A stretch of DNA of 64,000 nucleotides from Eledone cirrhosa. Lineage: Eukaryota. The position numbers were made by a program, and so were the translations under genes. The notes beneath the pieces were generated by a model that was not told the DNA's origin, did no database searches, and saw only the letters and a program-made list of their open reading frames with translations. The DNA lies in contig OZ024740.1 of the NCBI GenBank assembly GCA_964016885.1, forward strand, positions 49,290,001 to 49,354,000, given 5' to 3'. The first letter of the stretch is position 1, and the number at the start of each line of letters is the position of its first letter. Positions 11,418 to 22,538 of this stretch are shown here, one piece after another.

Positions 11418-11771
11418 TTGCTTGACACCTTGTTAAAAATAATGCTACAATACCTAAGTCTTACTAAGTATTAACCCGGCATTAGTTCAAATCTTATTTT
11501 CTCAATTGTGTAATTATTGGCTTTGTGCCGAAAGTAGCAACTAATTCACCAATGATCGTTGTTAGGTAATAATTGTAGCTATAGGTGAGAAATATGATTC
11601 ATTGACCCTAAAACAACAGATAACCACTTCTCCAGTAATCTGTTCTAAGAATATAACATGTAAAGATAAATGTAATTGTAAAGTATGTGATTATTGAATC
11701 GGTGGCACATTCAGTTAGTTTCATATAGAAGACATGTATTATAGCATTATTTTTAGTGGAGTAACAAGCAG

Positions 11772-11859
11772 CTCGCGATAGCTCAGTTGGTAGAGCGGAG
11801 GACTGTAGTAGTATTTAACTGTTATCCTTAGGTCGATGGTTCGAATCCGTCTCGCGAGA
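11772..11859 (+). tRNA. tRNA-Tyr-GTA: tRNA-Tyr(GTA) gene A, unit 1 (intron variant TAGTATTTAACTGTT)
   Basis: Acceptor CTCGCGA/TCGCGAG plus A73, D-stem GCTC/GAGC, anticodon stem GAGGA/TCCTT, T-stem GATGG/CCGTC, intron between positions 37 and 38. Confidence 0.95.
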
Positions 11860-12057
11860 GTTGTATGTTTCTATTTTATTGCAGGTAAATAAAGAAAACG
11901 TTTTCCAAATTACTCGCTCTCAAGTATTCCAGTTTCTGGTTTAAAATAACAATTGTTTAATTTAACTGTTGTCACATAATTTTTACGCAATACAATTATA
12001 TTTACCATCTCTCGTTCCATTGTAAAAGAGAAGTACTGTTGAAGTTTACTCGATATA

Positions 12058-12220
12058 GTGCATAGCTCGGTAATATAGAGTCACTCTAGGTAGAGTCACT
12101 ACTTCTTCAAATTGAGAGATCACAGCTCTGATATTTCAATCATGTGATTAGAATGTCAGTGGACAGATTTTAAAGGCAAAACCAAGTGGGGGTACAGCCT
12201 GAGAACGACGCCTATTCTTT
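12058..12220 (+). mobile_element. RTE 3' fragment inside the array unit (every unit with both genes A and B; lost in the 4289-bp type)
   Basis: VESLLLQIERSQL*YFNHVIRMS; homologous to 4986 and 8210. Confidence 0.75.
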
Positions 12221-12488
12221 CCTATTTCTCTCTATCGGTGTTTAATATAACAGACGGTATATACTACTAATTACACTTGAAAATATATTTTATATACTAC
12301 AGTAATTGATACGAAGATAAGTGAAGAAAAATATTGGTCATTTTCAATATTATATCAGGCTGGACAACCAAACTACACGAAGTGTGTTTCAAATAAAGTA
12401 TGTGATTATTGAATCTGTAGCACAGTCATTTGACTCCATTAATGAGACATAGGTATTGTAACATTATTTTCAGTCGAATATCCAGTAC

Positions 12489-12576
12489 CTCGCGATAGCT
12501 CAGTTGGTAGAGCGGAGGACTGTAGTAGTATTTACCTGTTATCCTTAGGTCGATGGTTCGAATCCGTCTCGCGAGA
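12489..12576 (+). tRNA. tRNA-Tyr-GTA: tRNA-Tyr(GTA) gene B, unit 1
   Basis: Perfect consensus; TTTTT downstream. Confidence 0.95.
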
Positions 12577-12942
12577 GTTTATTTTTGCTATTTCATTTCA
12601 TTGGAAAAATCGTGAAATCATCTTCCAAATTACCCACAGTCCAGTATTCCTGTCTCCGTTTTAAAATAACAACTATTTAAATTGACTAAATTCTGAAAGA
12701 AGTCTGTATCAATGAAATATTGTAGAATCTGTAAATTGGGGATGCTTTCATGATTTACTCCATAGAGTGAGAAAAGCATAATACAATTCTCCTGAAAAAG
12801 ATTTGAATTCTCGATCTACAGACAAAAAGTATTTGTCATTTACGATCTCATATCAAGTCTGAGGACTAAACTATACGACGTGTGTGTTGTAAAGTATGTG
12901 ATTATTGAATCAAAAACAAGACAAAGTATTGCAGCATCATTT

Positions 12943-13015
12943 TTGGTAGAGCGGAGGACTGTAATAGTATTTATCTGTTATCCATAGATCGATGGCTCGA
13001 ATCCGTCTCGCGAGA
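12943..13015 (+). pseudogene. 5'-truncated tRNA-Tyr (copy C, one per unit)
   Basis: Starts at TTGGTAGAGC; also at ~17924, 22905, 27886, 32867, 37848, 42829, 47810, 52799, 57244, 61533. Confidence 0.85.
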
Positions 13016-13146
13016 GTTGTAAATCATAAAAAAACCTCTTCACACGACTAACTACACATTTAAATGAATCTGATTATTGAATCATTAATGACGTTATAAA
13101 CAATACATTAGTTTTGTAGCATTATTTGTAAGGGTATATTAAGGAA

Positions 13147-13228
13147 CCCGGGAAAGTTCAATTGGTTGACTCGACCACTGTAGTAGTGTTGATGTTGACA
13201 TTAGGTTGATGGTTTAAATCTCGCGAGA
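13147..13228 (+). pseudogene. Degenerate tRNA-Tyr (copy D, one per unit)
   Basis: Homologous to 9471-9556; ends in TCTCGCGAGA. Confidence 0.75.
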
Positions 13229-15146
13229 TTGTGATTTTGTGTTATATTTTAATCATTATGCTATATAAATCATGAAATCATCTTCCAAACAACAAACACG
13301 CCAGTGTTTCTGTTTGTGTTTTTAAAGTACTCATCTCTTTTGCCAGCTACTGTCAACATTTTGTTCCTGTAAATGTCACTCAACACAATTGTATATTCCA
13401 GACTACGTTAACTTTTACACATGCCTCTACCTAACAAATCTATTCTTTCAGTAAATGTGGAATACATGACATCTTTGTAAATATATTCAGATATTAGTAA
13501 CAATCATCAACTCAATGAAACGCCGACTCATTCCAGAATCTTTCTCAGCAAGACAAAAGATGTTTTACTTAATATTGTAACAACCCCAAACCTTTAACCT
13601 CTAATCTTTGTTATCCCTACATTTATCCTTCTTAATATGAGTGAAGTTGATATACTTCCATAGATGTATTCAATGTATCTCAGGATATACAAGATTGTAA
13701 GATATTCTCGCTATAAGATATTCCCCTTCTCTTTCGGTTGATTAAATATTGTAAAATGTAATGTCTTTGAAATGAAGTCGACTTCCTTAATGTGATAATA
13801 GGATAGGTGAATTGTATTTGTTATAAACAAACCATTCCAAGAATTCAGAAGTCTTCAATAAAATGTTGGTTTCTAATGGAATGGTATAGTCTGTTTTGAG
13901 GTAATACCACTGTGAAGAATGTATATTGAATAACTGAATCAATCATTTGACGTCATAAAGAAATATTTGGTATTGTGATATTTATTATATTTAGCGCAAA
14001 GACATTCTAATGTAGTTGACTTATTAATTTAAAACTTTACTTTAACACACCGTCAGAACTGATAGTGTATATGGTGGTACCATCAATTGCAGTTAAATAG
14101 GATGAAATTTCCTCTTCAAAACACGCTGCCGTCTCCTAACAAATATGAATGTACTACTATTTAAATCATTGAAACATCGCAATAGTTCTCTGTATAGACA
14201 TGAAACATCAACTGATCTAAATTGTGCCACCGATTCAAAAACACACAATTTTTTGAACAGTTTGATCGCACAATATTATCTCGAAATCTGCGACGTCAGC
14301 ATTGGTTTAAATCTAATATTCTGAATCATTAAATTAATGTAGTTGATTCAGTTCAAAAGAATTTAATATTTGAAATATTTTACCAAACGAAAGAATATTG
14401 TAATACCGTTGACTCTCGTTAATCTTGAAACATCACTATATTTAACTGTATAGAAATATAATATCTACTGATATATAGTAGTAAATACAAATGAAGCCGT
14501 TGACTCGTTAAAATTGAAAATTTATTTTAACATATAATTAATCTGGATTAATAATGTATATAGAAATGTGTCATCAATTGAAGTAAATACGAGGACATTT
14601 TGTGCTTAAAACATCCTACCGTCTCCTAACAAACCTGAATCTATTGCTATATAAATCTTTGAATACAATGTACAAACTGATTCAATGATGGCAGTTATGT
14701 CAACTGTAGTTACAGGTGTGACATTATACTGAGACTAATAACTCAGGCATGTAAATATATATCAGATAAGAAATATCTTACAACATGGAATATTCTGAGA
14801 TTCACTGAATACATTTATGGAAGCATAGTTATATATTTAGCAGGATAAATATAAGAAAAGTACATTGAAATCTGTATGTTTGGATTATAATGTGACAGTG
14901 GCATATTTTGCTGAACTTATTACATCGAAACCACTTGAAACATTCAGATATTAGTTTCTGAACGTATTTTTCAGTTCATTGTAGAAATCATTTGTCAGTT
15001 TTGAGCTAATATTATGTTGTAAGTCCAAACTACACGATATATTTGTCATTGGAAAGAATGTGATTATTGAATCATTAAATCAATCACTTTAGGTCATAAA
15101 GAAAACATTGATATTGAAGCATTACTTGTGGCGAGATTTTAAGATA

Positions 15147-15205
15147 CTCTCGATAGCACAACCGGTAGAATCCTTAGATCGACGGTTCGAAGACTTCTCG
15201 CGAGA
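15147..15205 (+). pseudogene. Internally deleted tRNA-Tyr (copy E, one per unit)
   Basis: 59 nt with GGTAGA joined to ATCCTT; also at 20128, 25109, 30090, 35071, 40052, 45033, 50014, 55159, 59448, 63737. Confidence 0.8.
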
Positions 15206-15495
15206 CTTGTGGTTCTGTATTTTGTGTTTAATCATGATGGAAAAAAATATATTGAAAAAAGCCCTGATATAGAAATTTATCAGACTGTACAACACAAGTT
15301 GATGTTGACAGTAGTCGTATAAATCCCGTAGTAATTATATTACATTGCTCGTCGTTATTCAGTTAATGTTCATACAATTGCCATAACTCCCACACCCAAA
15401 TGTAGAGTTGTCTGGCGTGCTTGACACAGGAGTGGAACGAATTCGAAAGATGACTGCATGATTTATACGTAATAAAATATCAAAAACAAAGAAAG

Positions 15496-15583
15496 TCTCG
15501 CGAGACGGATTCGAACTATCGCCCTAAGTACAACGACTAATCACTACTACAGTCCTCCGCTCTACCAACTGAGCTATCGCAAG
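15496..15583 (-). pseudogene. Minus-strand tRNA-Tyr (copy F) with a second intron type and damaged 3' exon
   Basis: Intron TAGTGATTAGTCGTT; 3' exon GTACTTAGGGCGATAG; also at 20477, 25458, 30439, 35420, 40401, 45382, 50363. Confidence 0.8.
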
Positions 15584-16128
15584 ATGCTTGTAATCAAACC
15601 AAAAATAATGCCCTTTTATGGCGTCAAATGACTGTCCTAACCATTTTATAATCACATATTTTGTAAAGATACACAAATCGTGTAGTTTCGTCGTACATTA
15701 TGGTAATATGTCGAACATTACCAATACTTTGAAACAAGAAACTAACATTGGTTCAAGTCTAATGTTCTGAATCATCCCATTAACAAGGCTGACTTAGATT
15801 CAAAGAATTTTATAAGATTTGAAATATTTTATCAATCGAAAGAGTATTCTAGTACCGTTGAATCGTTAAAACTGACAATTTACTTTGCGACTTGTATAAG
15901 TCAGTCTGGAGAGATAGTGTATACAGAGGTGTCAGTAATTGTAGTTAAAGGCTATGACATTTCCTGTTCAAAAGATTCAACCGCTCCCCATGAAGTATGA
16001 ACACGCCGTCGTTATTATATTGAAACATCAATATATTTCTTTCTATCGGAATATAATATTTACAGACGGTATATGTATATATTAATTGTATTCGAAAAGA
16101 TATTTGATATAGTACAGAAATTGCTTCA

Positions 16129-16405
16129 AAAACTAAGTTCCTGCATTTGAATCAATCCAGTCTCAGTCCATTACATGCTTCTGAGGCTTCCCCTATCGAA
16201 CTGGTTCAAGAATCTGAATATCTGGGTGTTACACTGACTCTGTGTATGATATGACCACCTGAATTGGTAAAACATGCAGTGCAATAACTTCACTAGAAAA
16301 AGATCTACAAAGTGCAAAGCTACGGTGAAACCCATCGTATTATATGGTCCAGAATCCTGGACTCTCAGTGTTGCTCGCTCAAGGAGAATTGATGGTTCCT
16401 ACAAT
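16129..16405 (+). mobile_element. Decayed RTE-like LINE post-RT fragment (one per unit)
   Basis: KTKFLHLN...IELVQESEYLG / T*IGKTCSAITSLEK / KATVKPIVLYGPESWTLSVARSRRIDGSY matches the non-LTR motifs 'V..F.YLG' and 'LLYG.E.WTL...IDG.Y'; frameshifted. Confidence 0.8.
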
Positions 16406-16752
16406 TGATGTGTAACTTTGTGCATGTTTCACCTTCATTGGAAGAATGATTCAATAAGACGAGAAGTAATTCATAAATAAATGTATGTTGAAACATGTCA
16501 GATAAACTGTACACACCTCCTCAAGCATGGCAGCTGTACGGTAACCATTCAGAACATTATTCCTGGACCACTTTTGAAGTTCTCCGTAAAAAGTATTGGT
16601 TATTTTCAATCTTATTCCAAGCTGAACGACCAAAATTACACGAAGCATGTGTTATTGTAAAGTATGGGATTATTGAATCTGTGGCGCAGTCTTTTGAGTT
16701 CATAAACAAGACATAGGTATTGTAGCATTATTTTTAGGGGAACTGCTAGTAA

Positions 16753-16840
16753 CTCGCGATAGCTCAGTTGGTAGAGCGGAGGACTGTAGTAGTATTTACC
16801 TGTTATCCTTAGGTCGATGGTTCGAATCCGTCTCGCGAGA
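16753..16840 (+). tRNA. tRNA-Tyr-GTA: tRNA-Tyr(GTA) gene A, unit 2
   Basis: Perfect 88-nt consensus. Confidence 0.95.
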
Positions 16841-17469
16841 GTTGTATGTTTCTATTTTATTGCAGGTAAATAAAGAAAACGTTTTCCAAATTACTCGCTC
16901 TCTAGTATTCCAGTTTCTGTTTTAAAATAACAATTGTTTAAATTAACTGTTGTCACATAATTTTTACGCAATACAATTATATTTACCATCTCTCGTTCCA
17001 TTGTAAAAGAGAAGTACTGTAGAAGTTTACTCGATATAGTGCATAGCTCGGTAATATAGAGTCACTCTAGGTAGAGTCACTACTTCTTCAAATTGAGAGA
17101 TCACAGCTCTAATATTTCAATCATGTGATTAGAATGTCAGTGGACAGATTTTAAAGGCAAAACCAAGTGGGGGTACAGCCTGAGAACGACGCCTATTCTT
17201 TCCTATTTCTCTCTATCGGTGTTTAATATAACAGACGGTATATACTACTAATTACACTTGAAAATATATTTTATATACTACAGTAATTGATACGAAGATA
17301 AGTGAAGAAAAATATTGGTCATTTTCAATATTATATCAGGCTGGACAACCAAACTACACGAAGTGTGTTTCAAATAAAGTATGTGATTATTGAATCTGTA
17401 GCACAGTCATTTGACTCCATTAATGAGACATAGGTATTGTAACATTATTTTCAGTCGAATATCCTGTAC

Positions 17470-17557
17470 CTCGCGATAGCTCAGTTGGTAGAGCGGAGGA
17501 CTGTAGTAGTATTTACCTGTTATCCTTAGGTCGATGGTTCGAATCCGTCTCGCGAGA
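17470..17557 (+). tRNA. tRNA-Tyr-GTA: tRNA-Tyr(GTA) gene B, unit 2
   Basis: Perfect 88-nt consensus. Confidence 0.95.
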
Positions 17558-20500
17558 GTTTGTTTTTGCTATTTCATTTCATTGGGAAAATCGTGAAATC
17601 ATCTTCCAAATTACCCACAGTCCAGTATTCCTGTCTCCGTTTTAAAATAACAACTTTTTAAATTGACTAAATTCTGAAAGAAGTCTGTATCAATGAAATA
17701 TTGTAGAATCTGTAAATTGGGGATGCTTTCATGATTTACTCCATAGAGTGAGAAAAGCATAATACAATTCTCCTGAAAAAGATTTGAATTCTCGATCTAC
17801 AGACAAAAAGTATTTGTCATTTACGATCTCATATCAAGTCTGAGGACTAAACTATACGACGTGTGTGTTGTAAAGTATGTGATTATTGAATCAAAAACAA
17901 GACAAAGTATTGCAGCATCATTTTTGGTAGAGCGGAGGACTGTAATAGTATTTATCTGTTATCCATAGATCGATGGCTCGAATCCGTCTCGCGAGAGTTG
18001 TAAATCATAAAAAAACCTCTTCACACGACTAACTACACATTTAAATGAATCTGATTATTGAATCATTAATGACGTTATAAACAATACATTGGTTTTGTAG
18101 CATTATTTGTAAGGGTATATTAAGGAACCCGGGAAAGTTCAATTGGTTGACTCGACCACTGTAGTAGTGTTGATGTTGACATTAGGTTGATGGTTTAAAT
18201 CTCGCGAGATTGTGATTTTGTGTTATATTTTAATCATTATGCTATATAAATCATGAAATCATCTTCCAAACAACAAACACGCCAGTGTTTCTGTTTGTGT
18301 TTTTAAAGTACTCATCTCTTTTGCCAGCTACTGTCAACATTTTGTTCCTGTAAATGTCACTCAACACAATTGTATATTCCAGACTACGTTAACTTTTACA
18401 CATGCCTCTACCTAACAAATCTATTCTTTCAGTAAATGTGGAATACATGACATCTTTGTAAATATATTCAGATATTAGTAACAATCATCAACTCAATGAA
18501 ACGCCGACTCATTCCAGAATCTTTCTCAGCAAGACAAAAGATGTTTTACTTAATATTGTAACAACCCCAAACCTTTAACCTCTAATCTTTGTTATCCCTA
18601 CATTTATCCTTCTTAATATGAGTGAGGTTGATATACTTCCATAGATGTATTCAATGAATCTCAGGATATACAAGATTGTAAGATATTCTCGCTATAAGAT
18701 ATTCCCCTTCTCTTTCGGTTGATTAAATATTGTAAAATGTAATGTCTTTGAAATGAAGTCGACTTCCTTAATGTGATAATAGGATAGGTGAATTGTATTT
18801 GTTATAAACAAACCATTCCAAGAATTCAGAAGTCTTCAATAAAATGTTGGTTTCTAATGGAATGGTATAGTCTGTTTTGAGGTAATACCACTGTGAAGAA
18901 TGTATATTGAATAACTGAATCAATCATTTGACGTCATAAAGAAATATTTGGTATTGTGATATTTATTATATTTAGCGCAAAGACATTCTAATGTAGTTGA
19001 CTTATTAATTTAAAACTTTACTTTAACACACCGTCAGAACTGATAGTGTATATGGTGGTACCATCAATTGCAGTTAAATAGGATGAAATTTCCTCTTCAA
19101 AACACGCTGCCGTCTCCTAACAAATATGAATGTACTACTATTTAAATCATTGAAACATCGCAATAGTTCTCTGTATAGACATGAAATATCAACTGATCTA
19201 AATTGTGCCACCGATTCAAAAACACACAATTTTTTGAACAGTTTGATCGCACAATATTATCTCGAAATTTGCGACGTCAGCATTGGTTTAAATCTAATAT
19301 TCTGAATCATTAAATTAATGTAGTTGATTCAGTTCAAAAGAATTTAATATTTGAAATATTTTACCAAACGAAAGAATATTGTAATACCGTTGACTCTCGT
19401 TAATCTTGAAACATCACTATATTTAACTGTATAGAAATATAATATCTACTGATATATAGTAGTAAATACAAATGAAGCCGTTGACTCGTTAAAATTGAAA
19501 ATTTATTTTAACATATAATTAATCTGGATTAATAATGTATATAGAAATGTGTCATCAATTGAAGTAAATACGAGGACATTTTGTGCTTAAAACATCCTAC
19601 CGTCTCCTAACAAACCTGAATCTATTGCTATATAAATCTTTGAATACAATGTACAAACTGATTCAATGATGGCAGTTATGTCAACTGTAGTTACAGGTGT
19701 GACATTATACTGAGACTAATAACTCAGGCATGTAAATATATATCAGATAAGAAATATCTTACAACATGGAATATTCTGAGATTCACTGAATACATTTATG
19801 GAAGCATAGTTATATATTTAGCAGGATAAATATAAGAAAAGTACATTGAAATCTGTATGTTTGGATTATAATGTGACAGTGGCATATTTTGCTGAACTTA
19901 TTACATCGAAACCACTTGAAACATTCAGATATTAGTTTCTGAACGTATTTTTCAGTTCATTGTAGAAATCATTTGTCAGTTTTGAGCTAATATTATGTTG
20001 TAAGTCCAAACTACACGATATATTTGTCATTGGAAAGAATGTGATTATTGAATCATTAAATCAATCACTTTAGGTCATAAAGAAAACATTGATATTGAAG
20101 CATTACTTGTGGCGAGATTTTAAGATACTCTCGATAGCACAACCGGTAGAATCCTTAGATCGACGGTTCGAAGACTTCTCGCGAGACTTGTGGTTCTGTA
20201 TTTTGTGTTTAATCATGATGGAAAAAAATATATTGAAAAAAGCCCTGATATAGAAATTTATCAGACTGTACAACACAAGTTGATGTTGACAGTAGTCGTA
20301 TAAATCCCGTAGTAATTATATTACATTGCTCGTCGTTATTCAGTTAATGTTCATACAATTGCCATAACTCCCACACCCAAATGTAGAGTTGTCTGGCGTG
20401 CTTGACACAGGAGTGGAACGAATTCGAAAGATGACTGCATGATTTATACGTAATAAAATATCAAAAACAAAGAAAGTCTCGCGAGACGGATTCGAACTAT

Positions 20501-21733
20501 CGCCCTAAGTACAACGACTAATCACTACTACAGTCCTCCGCTCTACCAACTGAGCTATCGCAAGATGCTTGTAATCAAACCAAAAATAATGCCCTTTTAT
20601 GGCGTCAAATGACTGTCCTAACCATTTTATAATCACATATTTTGTAAAGATACACAAATCGTGTAGTTTCGTCGTACATTATGGTAATATGTCGAACATT
20701 ACCAATACTTTGAAACAAGAAACTAATATTGGTTCAAGTCTAATGTTCTGAATCATCCCATTAACAAGGCTGACTTAGATTCAAAGAATTTTATAAGATT
20801 TGAAATATTTTATCAATCGAAAGAGTATTCTAGTACCGTTGAATCGTTAAAACTGACAATTTACTTTGCGACTTGTATAAGTCAGTCTGGAGAGATAGTG
20901 TATACAGAGGTGTCAGTAATTGTAGTTAAAGGCTATGAAATTTCCTGTTCAAAAGATTCAACCGCTCCCCATGAAGTATGAACACGCCGTCGTTATTATA
21001 TTGAAACATCAATATATTTCTTTCTATCGGAATATAATATTTACAGACGGTATATGTATATATTAATTGTATTCGAAAAGATATTTGATATAGTACAGAA
21101 ATTGCTTCAAAAACTAAGTTCCTGCATTTGAATCAATCCAGTCTCAGTCCATTACATGCTTCTGAGGCTTCCCCTATCGAACTGGTTCAAGAATCTGAAT
21201 ATCTGGGTGTTACACTGACTCTGTGTATGATATGACCACCTGAATTGGTAAAACATGCAGTGCAATAACTTCACTAGAAAAAGATCTACAAAGTGCAAAG
21301 CTACGGTGAAACCCATCGTATTATATGGTCCAGAATCCTGGACTCTCAGTGTTGCTCGCTCAAGGAGAATTGATGGTTCCTACAATTGATGTGTAACTTT
21401 GTGTATGTTTCACCTTCATTGGAAGAATGATTCAATAAGACGAGAAGTAATTCATAAATAAATGTATGTTGAAACATGTCAGATAAACTGTACACACCTC
21501 CTCAAGCATGGCAGCTGTACGGTAACCATTCAGAACATTATTCCTGGACCACTTTTGAAGTTCTCCGTAAAAAGTATTGGTTATTTTCAATCTTATTCCA
21601 AGCTGAACGACCAAAATTACACGAAGCATGTGTTATTGTAAAGTATGGGATTATTGAATCTGTGGCGCAGTCTTTTGAGTTCATAAACAAGACATAGGTA
21701 TTGTAGCATTATTTTTAGGGGAACTGCTAGTAA

Positions 21734-21821
21734 CTCGCGATAGCTCAGTTGGTAGAGCGGAGGACTGTAGTAGTATTTACCTGTTATCCTTAGGTCGATG
21801 GTTCGAATCCGTCTCGCGAGA
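21734..21821 (+). tRNA. tRNA-Tyr-GTA: tRNA-Tyr(GTA) gene A, unit 3
   Basis: Perfect 88-nt consensus. Confidence 0.95.
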
Positions 21822-22450
21822 GTTGTATGTTTCTATTTTATTGCAGGTAAATAAAGAAAACGTTTTCCAAATTACTCGCTCTCTAGTATTCCAGTTTCTG
21901 TTTTAAAATAACAATTGTTTAAATTAACTGTTGTCACATAATTTTTACGCAATACAATTATATTTACCATCTCTCGTTCCATTGTAAAAGAGAAGTACTG
22001 TAGAAGTTTACTCGATATAGTGCATAGCTCGGTAATATAGAGTCACTCTAGGTAGAGTCACTACTTCTTCAAATTGAGAGATCACAGCTCTAATATTTCA
22101 ATCATGTGATTAGAATGTCAGTGGACAGATTTTAAAGGCAAAACCAAGTGGGGGTACAGCCTGAGAACGACGCCTATTCTTTCCTATTTCTCTCTATCGG
22201 TGTTTAATATAACAGACGGTATATACTACTAATTACACTTGAAAATATATTTTATATACTACAGTAATTGATACGAAGATAAGTGAAGAAAAATATTGGT
22301 CATTTTCAATATTATATCAGGCTGGACAACCAAACTACACGAAGTGTGTTTCAAATAAAGTATGTGATTATTGAATCTGTAGCACAGTCATTTGACTCCA
22401 TTAATGAGACATAGGTATTGTAACATTATTTTCAGTCGAATATCCTGTAC

Positions 22451-22538
22451 CTCGCGATAGCTCAGTTGGTAGAGCGGAGGACTGTAGTAGTATTTACCTG
22501 TTATCCTTAGGTCGATGGTTCGAATCCGTCTCGCGAGA
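22451..22538 (+). tRNA. tRNA-Tyr-GTA: tRNA-Tyr(GTA) gene B, unit 3
   Basis: Perfect 88-nt consensus. Confidence 0.95.

Noticed and set aside
11803-11815. Suppressor (CTA/TTA) anticodon suggested by GTAGTAG
   Set aside because: Stem register places GTA at positions 34-36; the following TAG is the start of the intron.
11772-11859. tRNA-Tyr copies as heads of a SINE family
   Set aside because: Copies keep the intron and upstream flank, have no TSD or tail, and fold into perfect cloverleaves, indicating DNA-level duplication.
15290-15445. Possible ncRNA in the slightly GC-richer patch of each unit (also unique patches ~1490-1620 and ~6900-7020)
   Set aside because: No recognisable 5S, snRNA or other RNA motif by eye; an Rfam/Dfam search would be needed.
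16129-16405. Functional reverse transcriptase associated with the array
   Set aside because: Only a <300-bp frameshifted, stop-containing post-RT fragment is present, with no catalytic YADD region.
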